The notes beneath the pieces were generated by a model. That model was not told the DNA's origin, made no database searches, and was given only the letters and a program-made list of their open reading frames with translations. Of a stretch of 64,000 bases of DNA, positions 1 to 8,792 are shown piece after piece. The DNA is taken from assembly GCA_041493035.1 (NCBI GenBank), contig JBGPYB010000001.1, positions 22,999-86,998 of the forward strand, in the 5' to 3' direction. A program made the position numbers and the translations under genes. The first letter of the stretch is position 1, and every line of letters starts with the position of its first letter. Source of the stretch: Vicinamibacteria bacterium. GTDB lineage: Bacteria > Acidobacteriota > Vicinamibacteria > Fen-336.

Positions 1-68
1 GCAGCCCAGGCGGTGCCGTTCAGGGTCATCAGCACGAGCATGGAACGGACGATCCTCTTCATCTTCAT
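1..68 (-). CDS. N-terminal fragment (signal-peptide-like, MKMKRIVRSMLVLMTLNGTAWA...) of a secreted protein that continues off the left edge
   Basis: ATG at 68..66 is preceded by AAGGAGG (revcomp of 77..83) about 8 nt upstream. The translation is a basic n-region followed by a hydrophobic core. It is too short for the ORF track. Confidence 0.4.
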   Translation of the reverse strand, partial: MKMKRIVRSMLVLMTLNGTAWA

Positions 69-106
69 CGTGCGACCTCCTTCACCTCTCGGGATTCTAG
101 CTCCAG

Positions 107-1477
107 TCAGCGAGTCGCCGTCCGCGGGGTCGGAGACGGGAGTGCCGCAAAGGCCGGGTCATCGGCTCCTCCGCGGGTGAGAACCATGGCGTACAGGAAC
201 GGACCGAAGGCAGTACCGAGCCGACCGTTGACGAGGACGATGGGCGTCCCTTCGGGGTTGTATTCTCCGGCGTAGCGAACGTCGTCGCCCAGCTTCGTCG
301 CCGTGTCGGCGCTCTGGACGCAGGCGTCGAGATCTCCGCGCTTCCGATAGGGCTCAGCGAGGGCGTACACGCCATCGGGCTGGAGGCCCTTCTGGTTCTC
401 GAAGAGCGCCGCGGTCAGGTCCAGCTCTCCACGGCGACCCTCCATGCAGATCTTCACCTTCGAGGCCACGCAGCGCACCGGCTCGCCTGAGCGCCGCACC
501 AGAGGATTGCACTCGGCGTCCAAGGGAAACTGCCGCGACTCCACCGCGAAGCTCCCCTCGGGCAGGCTCTGGCGGAGAGACGCCAGCGTCTTGTGGAGCT
601 CCGCGCAGTGGGTGCAGAGGACGTCGGTGAACTCCGTGATTCGCACGGGCGCATCGGCTGGGCCGAGGAGCGTCCGCGGCGTCCGGACCGGCCTTGCCGT
701 GGAGCGCCGGTAGGCGTCAAGGGAATCGGCCAGGGCTTGCTTGAGCTGAGGGTCGAGCGAGGCCAACAGGCGTTGAAGGTCTCCGCCCCCACCTGGCTCG
801 GGCGCGGACGTTGGCGTGGCCGCGGGGATTGCGGCCCGGCCGGCTTCTTCTGCCGCGTGAGGCGTGTGGAGGCCGGGGTAGAGGAGCAGCGCCGCGGCAG
901 CGACCAGAACGCCGGCGGCGAGAGCGACGCCCCGGGGGAGGTCCGGCCAGCCGACCCGCTGCCACCCCAAGAGTGCTATACCGCCGTATCCCGCGACGAC
1001 GACATAGGTCCCGAAACAGCCGAGGCAAAATGCCCGTTCCGAAGCGCTCACCGCCAGCATCGAGAAGACGGTCAGCACACCCGCCGCTGCCGTGACGCGG
1101 GTGGCCGAGACGACGGCGGGCAGGGGATGGCCTTGAGCGGCGCGCAGCAGACCCAGGAGCGGAAGAACGAAAGCGACGATGCCCCAGGCGACGCCCCACG
1201 CCGCGACAGGGAGACCGGTGGCGCCGTGAACGGAGGACGCGAAGCCCGAGTCCCAGACGCGGGTGCAGTCGGAGGTCCCGCCGATGGCGCAGAAAGGCGT
1301 GCCGCCCGAGCGCGCGAGAACGAGCTCCCCCCAGAGGAAGAGCGCCCACAGCGACGCCAAGGCCCCGAGGGCGACGAGGCTCGCCCACGATCCGGGAGTC
1401 GGACCGCCCGGGTCCGGCATCGCCGCTGGCGCGTCCGTCAGCGGAACTTCGCCGTCTCTCTTCCGCCGCTTGCTCAT
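107..1477 (-). CDS. VKOR (vitamin K epoxide reductase-like) membrane domain fused to a DsbA/thioredoxin-like domain
   Basis: The N-terminal multi-TM region has a loop Cys pair (FCAIGGTSDC) and CXXC (CLGC). The C-terminal domain has a thioredoxin-type CXXC (FTDVLCTHCAEL). The ATG overlaps the ccmI stop (ATGA at 1474..1477). Confidence 0.8.
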   Translation of the reverse strand: MSKRRKRDGEVPLTDAPAAMPDPGGPTPGSWASLVALGALASLWALFLWGELVLARSGGTPFCAIGGTSDCTRVWDSGFASSVHGATGLPVAAWGVAWGIVAFVLPLLGLLRAAQGHPLPAVVSATRVTAAAGVLTVFSMLAVSASERAFCLGCFGTYVVVAGYGGIALLGWQRVGWPDLPRGVALAAGVLVAAAALLLYPGLHTPHAAEEAGRAAIPAATPTSAPEPGGGGDLQRLLASLDPQLKQALADSLDAYRRSTARPVRTPRTLLGPADAPVRITEFTDVLCTHCAELHKTLASLRQSLPEGSFAVESRQFPLDAECNPLVRRSGEPVRCVASKVKICMEGRRGELDLTAALFENQKGLQPDGVYALAEPYRKRGDLDACVQSADTATKLGDDVRYAGEYNPEGTPIVLVNGRLGTAFGPFLYAMVLTRGGADDPAFAALPSPTPRTATR

Positions 1478-2844
1478 CGCCGCCTCAGGACGAGACGCAC
1501 GTCGGTGGTGCCGATCTTGACGTCGTCTTGCCGCGCCGCCGGATCTTGCGGGGAGCGCGTGATGGGATCGCCGTCGCTATCGGCGCGCGCCTCGAGGAGC
1601 ACTTCCTTGGGTAATGGATCTCCTCGCATCGAGTCCGAGTCGCCGATCTCGAAAGCGATTGGGAATTGATTGGCGAGAAAGCGCTTCGCCGCGATGGGTG
1701 GCCCCGCGCCGAATCCCGCTTCGCGGAGGGTCACAAAAACGACCGTGCCCGGTGCCAGCTGTCCCTTGAGCGACGGGTCGAGATCCACGACGCCGGCGAC
1801 GTGATGGCTGCTCGTCGCCGAGGCAGGCGCCGTCAGGGGAGGCTCGCCAGGGGGCGCGGAGCCGTCGCTCTCGGCCGAAGCCACGCGGGCATGAGGGTTC
1901 TCCCCTCCCGCCGGTGCCTGAGCCTCGACGGGAGCGTTCTTGATCTCCTGCTGCACCTGCCGCAGCATCGCCGCCTGATCGGGGAAGCGCCGGATCGCAT
2001 CGGCGATGGTCCCGTCCGATTCCTTGCCGCGCCCCATCCGGGCGTAGACCAGGCTCATGTGGATATAGCCTTCGATGAGGTCCGGGTCCTTCTGGATCGC
2101 CTTCTTGAGCATGTCGAGGGCGACATCGGCTTGACCCATGGCGAGGCGGACGAGCGATTGATAGGTCAAGGCCCGCGGATGACCCGGGGATCGCGTGAGG
2201 ACTTCCTGGGTCTCGCGCCAGACACCCATCATGTCCTGGCGGCCCACGTAGAAGCGGGCAAGGTCGAGGCGAGCCTCGAGATCCGCCGGGTTGCGAGCGA
2301 CCGCGGCCTTGAGGTTGGACTCCTCGGCTCCCTGGGCCTTCCCTTCGGCCGGTCGGCTCTTGGGTGTGTTGCCCGTCACCGTCGCGCCTTCGTCGCGAGG
2401 CCGAGCGCTCGCCGAGACGAAGTACAGGAGGAGACCCACGGCAACGGCACTCCCCGTGCCCCACAGGAAACCGCTCAGCGCCGGACGGGACGGACTCACC
2501 GCGGGCGCCGGCGCCGCTGCGGTCGTACTCGGGGGCGTCGCGGGTTCCGCGCGGGCGACATCGAGAGCTAGCAGCACGCGCGCCGCTTCGATCTCGAGAG
2601 AGTAGCGCTCGGACGCCAGCTGTTCGGGGCTGCGTTTTGCCCCGGTGTCTTCGAGTTCGCGCAATTGGCGGAGAAGTGCGTCCCGCTTTTCCGTGAGGTC
2701 GCGTCGTTCGAGCGGCTCAGCGACGGGCGCCGGCTGCCCGACGCCGCGACGGCGCAGGAGCCAGAGCGCGAGCCCGCCCAGAACGAGACCCACCGCGAGG
2801 AAAGCCAACGGGGGAAGCCATTGGACGGGCCCGCTTCCTTCCAT
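1474..2844 (-). CDS. ccmI: Cytochrome c-type biogenesis protein CcmI/CycH-like (TM + TPR + C-terminal CcmI domain)
   Basis: Start chosen at internal ATG 2844..2842 (MEGSGPVQWLPPLAFLAVGLVLGG...), which overlaps the ccmH stop. Supported by a TM helix, TPR-like repeats (ARFYVGRQD..., IEGYIHMSLVYARMG) and operon position. Confidence 0.7.
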   Translation of the reverse strand: MEGSGPVQWLPPLAFLAVGLVLGGLALWLLRRRGVGQPAPVAEPLERRDLTEKRDALLRQLRELEDTGAKRSPEQLASERYSLEIEAARVLLALDVARAEPATPPSTTAAAPAPAVSPSRPALSGFLWGTGSAVAVGLLLYFVSASARPRDEGATVTGNTPKSRPAEGKAQGAEESNLKAAVARNPADLEARLDLARFYVGRQDMMGVWRETQEVLTRSPGHPRALTYQSLVRLAMGQADVALDMLKKAIQKDPDLIEGYIHMSLVYARMGRGKESDGTIADAIRRFPDQAAMLRQVQQEIKNAPVEAQAPAGGENPHARVASAESDGSAPPGEPPLTAPASATSSHHVAGVVDLDPSLKGQLAPGTVVFVTLREAGFGAGPPIAAKRFLANQFPIAFEIGDSDSMRGDPLPKEVLLEARADSDGDPITRSPQDPAARQDDVKIGTTDVRLVLRRR

Positions 2845-3422
2845 CAGGAGGGCTCCGCCTTCGGCCGGACGCCGGCAGGCCAGCCGTAGGCCAGCTCCCG
2901 AACCTTCAACACGTAGGGAACGAGGGCCGGATCCTCCGGGAGCGCGTCGACGTCGAGCGGCGCCGATGTCGTCGTTCGTGGCGCTCCGTCCTTCGGACCT
3001 CGGAGCGCCCACGCCACGACGCCGCCGCCCACGAGAAGGCCCATGAGCGGTGCGAACCAAACGAGCCAGTTGACGCCACGCAGCGGAGGCTTGAGGCGGA
3101 CGAACTCACCGTAGGACCGCTCGAAATAGGCCAGCACCTGGTCCTGGTCGTAGCCTGCCGCCACCATCTCTCGCACCTCGGCCTTCATCTTCATGGCCAT
3201 GGTTGCAGGGGAATCGGCGACCGAAAGGCCTTGGCAGACCGGGCAGCGCAGGAGCGCCGCGACCTCCTTGGTGCGCGCATCGAGGTCGGATGCCGTGACG
3301 GGTCCGCCGCGCGGAGCGCCCACGACCGCGCGAACGCCATCGGTTGCGTCACGCCCTCCGGATGACGGTCCAGGAGTCGCTGTCGCCGCCGCCAGCAGGA
3401 GCGCGGGGAAGAGGCGCGTCAA
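2844..3422 (-). CDS. ccmH: Cytochrome c-type biogenesis protein CcmH
   Basis: LRCPVCQGLSVADS motif (CXXC of CcmH) and a C-terminal TM. The TTG start overlaps the ccmG stop (TTGA). Confidence 0.8.
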   Translation of the reverse strand: MTRLFPALLLAAATATPGPSSGGRDATDGVRAVVGAPRGGPVTASDLDARTKEVAALLRCPVCQGLSVADSPATMAMKMKAEVREMVAAGYDQDQVLAYFERSYGEFVRLKPPLRGVNWLVWFAPLMGLLVGGGVVAWALRGPKDGAPRTTTSAPLDVDALPEDPALVPYVLKVRELAYGWPAGVRPKAEPS

Positions 3423-3946
3423 GGCTTCTGGCCTCGAGCCAGGGCCAGATGGGCTTCTAGCGTGGGTGGATCCAGGGGCCCGACGAACTTTGCCACGATC
3501 GTTCCTTGCGTATCGATGAAGTACGTCTCCGGGACGCCGTAGACGCCGTAAGCGATGGCCGTCTTTCCGTCGCCGTCCAGCAGCGACGGGTAGGCCTTGC
3601 CGTGTTGCTCCAGGAAGCGCTGGACCTGGGGGGCCTCGTCCTCATAGACCACGCCGAGAAACTGCGCGTCGTTCCCGGTGCGCTCTGCCGCGCTCGCCAG
3701 AGCCGCGTGCTCTTCGATGCACGGGATGCACCACGTGGCCCAGAAATTCAGGACCACCGGCCGACCCTTCAAGCTGGCAAGAAAGACGGGCGGCCCGCCC
3801 TCGACCGGGGAAAGGGAGAACGGGGGAGCCGGGTGGCCGATGAGGGGGGATTCCACCGCATGCGGATCCCGCCCCAGGTTCGCGAAGAGAATCACGAGCA
3901 GAGGAAGGGCCAGCGCGAGGCCCGCCCCCAGGACCTTACGGTTCAT
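3419..3946 (-). CDS. ccmG: Thiol:disulfide oxidoreductase CcmG/DsbE (membrane-anchored thioredoxin)
   Basis: N-terminal anchor, WATWCIPC active site and a GVYGVPETYFID motif. There is an ATGA overlap with the ccmF stop. Confidence 0.85.
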   Translation of the reverse strand: MNRKVLGAGLALALPLLVILFANLGRDPHAVESPLIGHPAPPFSLSPVEGGPPVFLASLKGRPVVLNFWATWCIPCIEEHAALASAAERTGNDAQFLGVVYEDEAPQVQRFLEQHGKAYPSLLDGDGKTAIAYGVYGVPETYFIDTQGTIVAKFVGPLDPPTLEAHLALARGQKP

Positions 3947-5955
3947 CGGCGCCCGGCCACCGTCCCGACAGCCGCCGCCGGAGACGCAGCCCGAACGAAC
4001 GCAACCGAGCCTTCTCGCCGGGGGACGAGGGCGACGATGCCGCCGAGCGCCATGAGCGCCGTGGCTCCCCAGATCCAGCCGACCATGGGATTCACGAGAG
4101 CATGGAGGCTCAGCGTGGCCCCGTCGGCGTCCAGGTTCAGGATCGAAAGGTAAAGGTCTTCGAACGGGAAGGTGCGAACGTCGGGTGTCCCCACGGGCTC
4201 ACGCTGTCGCTCGTACTGGTTCATCCGCGGGGTCATGGTCCCGATGTCCTTCCCTCCGCGGCTCACGGCGACGAGGGCCACCATCGATTGGCGATGAGGC
4301 TCGTCCCGTGCTTCCGTCCTGAGGAACGTCAGCGTGTACGCTCCAATCCCCGCCGATTCGCCCGTACGCAGGGTGAATTCCTTGGAGACGCCCATGGTGC
4401 TGCTTACCGCGATCGCCACGATCACGAGGGTCGCCCCGGAATGGACCACGTACGCGCCGAACCGCCTCCGGCCGCGGCGCAGGTTCGCCTCAGCAAAGGC
4501 TTCCAACGGTCCTTCGTTGTGGTCCCGCATCCGTTGCCGCAGCGGCAACCCGATCTCGGACAGGGTCACCCAGGCGGTGTAGCCGCCGAAGGCCAGCGTG
4601 ACGACCGTCCACGGGCTGCGCGCCCCCGCCGCGAATCCGATGGCCGCCGCGAGCGCGGCTCCTGCAAGGGGCGGCAGAAGAGCGCGCCGCATCTGCTCCG
4701 GCGTGGCGCGCCCCCACGGGAGCGCCGGGCCGACACCCATGAGGAAGAGCAGGGCTGCCCCGATCGGCACCGCCATAGCATCGAAGTAGGGGCGCCCTAC
4801 GCTCATTCGCACGCCTCGAAGCGCCTCCACGACCAAAGGGAAGACCGTTCCCACGAGGACCGTGAAGGTGAGGAGCACGAACAGGAGGTTGTTCAGCAGG
4901 AACATGCCGTCGCGACTCGCCGCCCCTTCCAGCCGACCCTCGGGTGCGAGCGTGTCGACGCGTGTCGCGAGGAGGGTGACGGAAAAGAGCAACGCCGCCG
5001 CGAGAAAGCCCAGAATCGTCGGCCCGATGGCGCTCTGGGTGAAGGAGTGAACCGAGTTGAAGACGCCCGACCGCGTCATGAAGGTGCCCAGGATCGTCAG
5101 CAGGAAGGACGCGGCGACGAGCGTCACGGTCCATCCTTTCAGGATCCCCTTGCGCTCCATCAGGACCGCCGAGTGGACGGCGGCCGTCGCGGTCAGCCAG
5201 GGAAGGAGCGAGGCGTTCTCGACGGGGTCCCAGGCCCAGTACCCCCCCCAACCCAGAACCTCGTAGGCCCACCAGCCGCCGAGAACGATGGCGCACGTCA
5301 GAAAGACCCAGGGAACGAGAAGCCAGGTCCGGAGCGGGCGGATGAAGCCATGACCGAGGTGGCCGGTGAAGAGCGCCGCGCAGGCCAAGCCGAAAGGGAT
5401 CGTCATCCCCACGTATCCCGAATAGAGGAAGGGTGGGTGGATGGCCATCAAGACGTGGTTTTGAAGGAGCGGGTTCGGCCCAGGTCCGTCGGGCGGGACG
5501 GGGAAGACCGTATGGAACGGCTGAGCGGGCCCGGCCAGCAGGAAGCTGAAGAAGGCTCCGCACGCGAGCCACACCGCGGTCGCGTACGGCATGTACTCGG
5601 GGTGACTATTGCGGTTTGCCCACGTGGCTGCGGCGATGTAGGCGCCGAGGACAAGGCCCCAGAAGAGGATGGATCCCTCAAGGGAGGACCAGAGGCTCAC
5701 GAAGGACACCCACGTCGGGACCGATCGCGAACCGACTTGCGCGACGTAGCTCACGCTGAAGTCGTGCGTCAGCAGAGCGTAGAGCATCACGGCATTGGCC
5801 GCAGCCATGAGTCCCGCGAAGGCGAACGCGAGACGTCGCGTCCAGGCGGAGCCTTCGACGGAGGGCCGCCTTCCTATCGCGAAACCGACGACGGTCCCCG
5901 TCGTGGCCACCAGGAGCGCCAGAAGGACGAGGGTGCGGCCGAGTAGCGGTGTCAC
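3943..5955 (-). CDS. ccmF: Cytochrome c heme lyase subunit CcmF
   Basis: 670-aa polytopic protein with a W-rich motif (GGWWAYEVLGWGGYWAWDPVEN) and operon context. The GTG start overlaps the ccmE stop (GTGA). Confidence 0.9.
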   Translation of the reverse strand: MTPLLGRTLVLLALLVATTGTVVGFAIGRRPSVEGSAWTRRLAFAFAGLMAAANAVMLYALLTHDFSVSYVAQVGSRSVPTWVSFVSLWSSLEGSILFWGLVLGAYIAAATWANRNSHPEYMPYATAVWLACGAFFSFLLAGPAQPFHTVFPVPPDGPGPNPLLQNHVLMAIHPPFLYSGYVGMTIPFGLACAALFTGHLGHGFIRPLRTWLLVPWVFLTCAIVLGGWWAYEVLGWGGYWAWDPVENASLLPWLTATAAVHSAVLMERKGILKGWTVTLVAASFLLTILGTFMTRSGVFNSVHSFTQSAIGPTILGFLAAALLFSVTLLATRVDTLAPEGRLEGAASRDGMFLLNNLLFVLLTFTVLVGTVFPLVVEALRGVRMSVGRPYFDAMAVPIGAALLFLMGVGPALPWGRATPEQMRRALLPPLAGAALAAAIGFAAGARSPWTVVTLAFGGYTAWVTLSEIGLPLRQRMRDHNEGPLEAFAEANLRRGRRRFGAYVVHSGATLVIVAIAVSSTMGVSKEFTLRTGESAGIGAYTLTFLRTEARDEPHRQSMVALVAVSRGGKDIGTMTPRMNQYERQREPVGTPDVRTFPFEDLYLSILNLDADGATLSLHALVNPMVGWIWGATALMALGGIVALVPRREGSVAFVRAASPAAAVGTVAGRR

Positions 5956-6449
5956 CGTCCGGCTCCGTCGCCCGAATCCTTCATCGTCCGCATCATCTCC
6001 TTCACGTCCACCTTGGTCTTGTCTCCAGGGACGCGGTACTCGTTGCTATGGGAGATCATGAGGCGATTCCCCTGGAAGTACCCTGCCGGAGTCATCGTCC
6101 CCTCGACGACGACACCGATCCGCTCGCGGAAGAGCTGGGGCGGCACGCCCGTCGCCTTTACGTGGACGGTGCCGCCCTGCCGATCGATGACGTCGAAGTC
6201 CAGACTCGAGGCCCCTTCGCTGCGGACGATGCTGCCCGGCGCCACGAGACCTCCGAGGCGGATCGTCGCTCCCATGGCCTTGTCGCCGGCGGCGTGCAGC
6301 TCCGTCGGGCCCCAGTAGTAGACGAGATTGCGGCCGATTCCGCCGACGGTGATGACGAGGAGCGCCGCGAGCGCCACGGCCAGGGCGCCGAAGGCGAACC
6401 ATCGTGAGCGCTGGGGCCCCAGCGTCGATGAGGGCATCGTCGTGCTCAT
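5952..6449 (-). CDS. ccmE: Heme chaperone CcmE
   Basis: Internal ATG 6449..6447 (MSTTMPSS...). Single TM followed by an OB-like domain, with a heme-binding-type HxxxY region (ISHSNEYRVP). Upstream residues of the listed ORF overlap ccmD/ccmC and are rejected. Confidence 0.8.
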   Translation of the reverse strand: MSTTMPSSTLGPQRSRWFAFGALAVALAALLVITVGGIGRNLVYYWGPTELHAAGDKAMGATIRLGGLVAPGSIVRSEGASSLDFDVIDRQGGTVHVKATGVPPQLFRERIGVVVEGTMTPAGYFQGNRLMISHSNEYRVPGDKTKVDVKEMMRTMKDSGDGAGR

Positions 6450-6586
6450 GGTCGCTGGCTCCGCTTTCGTTCTGCGCGATAGCGCACGTGGACCGAGACG
6501 GCATAGCCGAATAGCACCACGGCAGAGACGACGTAGGCTGCGACCACGAAGCCCCAACCCCCCTCGATGACTCCCGTCGGCGTCAT
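6446..6586 (-). CDS. ccmD: Heme exporter protein CcmD (46 aa, not in the ORF track)
   Basis: My own translation: MTPTGVIEGGWGFVVAAYVVSAVVLFGYAVSVHVRYRAERKRSQRP. It has one TM and a basic tail. The ATG overlaps the ccmC stop (ATGA at 6583..6586), and its TGA overlaps the ccmE ATG (6446..6449). Confidence 0.6.
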   Translation of the reverse strand: MTPTGVIEGGWGFVVAAYVVSAVVLFGYAVSVHVRYRAERKRSQRP

Positions 6587-7302
6587 CGGTCGCCTCGTGT
6601 CGAGGCAGGGGCGACCGCTGCCGGTGGTGGCAGCGGGGGCGCCAGTTCGCTTTCAAGCCTCAGAACGGCCAACCGCGTCCTCAGACCGATGAGCCCGGAC
6701 ATGAGGAAGAGGATGCCGAAGGCATTGATCCGAAGCGGCCAGTGAAACGCCTTCGAGACCGTTTCGGGGGAGGACTGGACTTGATGGAGGGAGTTCCACC
6801 ACCGCACGGAAAAATAGACGATCGGGACGTCCACGTACGCGATGATCGTGGCGACCGCCGACCACACCGCTCGCTTCACCGGATCATCGACGAAGCGGCG
6901 CAAGACCAAGATGCCCGCAAATGCGAAGACGAGTACTGCCGTGGTCGTGAGGCGTGGATCCCAGTCCCACCAGACGCCCCACGTGGGCTTCGCCCAGATG
7001 GCGCCCTGCATGCACAACAGGGTCGAGAGCACGACGCCCACTTCCATGCCCGCCTCGAGGCGCGCGTCCCAGCGCCATCCGCCCTTGAAGAGCGACACGA
7101 GAGCGCAGCCGAAGGCGAATGTGAGGGCGAGCATCGCGTTCCAGGCCGTGGGGACGTGGACATACATGATCCGTTGGACGTCTCCCATGTACGTCTCGCC
7201 CGGCGCAGCAAACAGGCCCCACGAGGACCCCCAGGCCAGGAGAGCGAGGCCCAGGGCCGCGAGAGCATATGGGACCACAGCGCCTTGCCGATCCGCGGAC
7301 AT
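6583..7302 (-). CDS. ccmC: Heme exporter/heme handling protein CcmC
   Basis: Internal ATG 7302..7300 (MSADRQGAVV...). WWD signature WGVWWDWDPRL. There is an ATGA overlap with the ccmB stop. Confidence 0.9.
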   Translation of the reverse strand: MSADRQGAVVPYALAALGLALLAWGSSWGLFAAPGETYMGDVQRIMYVHVPTAWNAMLALTFAFGCALVSLFKGGWRWDARLEAGMEVGVVLSTLLCMQGAIWAKPTWGVWWDWDPRLTTTAVLVFAFAGILVLRRFVDDPVKRAVWSAVATIIAYVDVPIVYFSVRWWNSLHQVQSSPETVSKAFHWPLRINAFGILFLMSGLIGLRTRLAVLRLESELAPPLPPPAAVAPASTRGDR

Positions 7303-7961
7303 CAGTCCTCCACCACGCGGCCGAAAAGCAAGCCACAGAGAGACCAATATATCAGGTCGAAACAGACAAGGAGCAGTGACCAGGATCGCACCTGACCCAT
7401 GGGATCTCCCAGGATGATCAGGGATGTGGCCTTTGCCGAGGCCAAGAGTACGGGGACCACGAGTGGAAAAAGCAGGAGCGGCAGCAACGTCTGCCTCGCT
7501 CGAGCCTGGGAGGTCATGGCGGCATAGAGCGTCCCCGGCGCCGACAGGCCTGCGGTTCCGAGAAGGATGATCCCCACGAGGGCGCCGATGTTCGTCGTCC
7601 CGGCGTCGTAGAGGACGATCATCACCGGAACGAGTGCCAGACCGAGGAAGGCGAGCTGCCCCCAATTGGCCAGAGCCTTGCCGTAGTACAGGGCTCGCGC
7701 CGAGGCTGGCAAGAGGAGGAGCCCCTCGAGGGCTCGCTGTTCCATCTCGGCCTGGAAGCTCTCGGCGAGGCTCAAGGTCGAGGAGAGGAGCAAGGCCAGC
7801 CATAGGAAACCCGCGGCGTGCTGGCGGAGGGCAAGGGCGTTAGGTCCGATGGCGAAGCTGAAGAGCAGGAGGGACGTCGCCCCGAAGATCAAGATGGCGA
7901 GTACCTGCGCCCGGGTCCGCCACTGGAGCAGGAAATCCTTGCGGAGCGCCGCGAGGAGCAT
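7302..7961 (-). CDS. ccmB: Heme exporter permease CcmB
   Basis: Internal ATG 7961..7959 (MLLAALRKDFLLQWRT...). About six hydrophobic segments. There is an ATGA overlap with the ccmA stop. Confidence 0.85.
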   Translation of the reverse strand: MLLAALRKDFLLQWRTRAQVLAILIFGATSLLLFSFAIGPNALALRQHAAGFLWLALLLSSTLSLAESFQAEMEQRALEGLLLLPASARALYYGKALANWGQLAFLGLALVPVMIVLYDAGTTNIGALVGIILLGTAGLSAPGTLYAAMTSQARARQTLLPLLLFPLVVPVLLASAKATSLIILGDPMGQVRSWSLLLVCFDLIYWSLCGLLFGRVVED

Positions 7962-8674
7962 CAGTTGCCTTCCGCGGCGGGGCCGAAGCTCGCGTGGCTC
8001 GGGAGCTGGGCCGCGGGGCCGAACCACTGAAGGCGCCCTTCCTCCAGGACCACACCCAGGTCGCAGAGCTCGCTGCCACGCTCCAACAGGTGGGTAGCCA
8101 TGAGAACGGTGGCTCCTCGCCGGCGCAGGCGGTCCAGCAGGGAGTCGACAAGACGAAACCCGGGAGGGTCAAGCTGGCCGTAGGGCTCGTCGAGGAGCAC
8201 GACCGACGCCTCCTGGAGCAGCGTGCGAGCCAGACTCAGGCGCTTTCGCATTCCCGCCGAGAAGGTCTCGACACTGTCGTCCGCCCGGTGGGCCAGCCCC
8301 ACTTCTTCCAGCAGAGGAAGAAGCGCCTTGCGATCGGAATCTCGCCCCAGAAAACGCGCCTCCACCTGCATGTTTTCGAGCGCGCTCAGCGCCTCGTAGA
8401 GATAGGAAGAGTGCGACAGGAGGGCGACGTGCTCGCGCACCTTCTGGGTTGCCGTTCTGAGGTCGAATCCCGCCAGGCGCGCCGTGCCGCGATCGGCTCG
8501 AATAGCCGTGGACAGTACCCGCAGCAGCGTGGACTTTCCCGAGCCGTTGCGGCCCGTGACCATGACGACGGTTCCGGTCGGAACTCGCAGGCTCACGTCG
8601 ACGAGGGCCCACCGACGCCCGTAGCGTCGGCAGAGTCCCGACGCGTCCACCGCAAGGAGAGGCTGGTCCGTCAT
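7961..8674 (-). CDS. ccmA: Heme exporter ATP-binding protein CcmA
   Basis: Walker A GRNGSGKST, signature-like FSAGMRKRLSLAR and Walker B VVLLDEP. It is the first gene of the ccm operon. Confidence 0.85.
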   Translation of the reverse strand: MTDQPLLAVDASGLCRRYGRRWALVDVSLRVPTGTVVMVTGRNGSGKSTLLRVLSTAIRADRGTARLAGFDLRTATQKVREHVALLSHSSYLYEALSALENMQVEARFLGRDSDRKALLPLLEEVGLAHRADDSVETFSAGMRKRLSLARTLLQEASVVLLDEPYGQLDPPGFRLVDSLLDRLRRRGATVLMATHLLERGSELCDLGVVLEEGRLQWFGPAAQLPSHASFGPAAEGN

Positions 8675-8792
8675 GAGACGCGGTTTTACTCGCTGCCCCG
8701 ACGGGCGTCAAACGGGAGCCCTCCCTCAGGAGCGTGCTAGAATCCCGGCCGGCTCCGGCTCCGGCCTCGGCTTCATCCAAGGAGGAACCCAC

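Noticed and set aside
97-1669. Alternative-frame ORFs over the first gene (97..375, 444..713, 593..1669, 717..1388 and others)
   Set aside because: They overlap the VKOR-thioredoxin gene, whose frame alone shows TM helices and two CXXC motifs. The others are Arg/Pro-rich with no motifs.
8673-8792. ATG at 8673 as the start of the FHA protein, adding 40 N-terminal residues
   Set aside because: This ATG overlaps the divergent ccmA start codon region and has no SD. A GTG at 8793 lies 7 nt after AAGGAGG and begins directly at the FHA domain.
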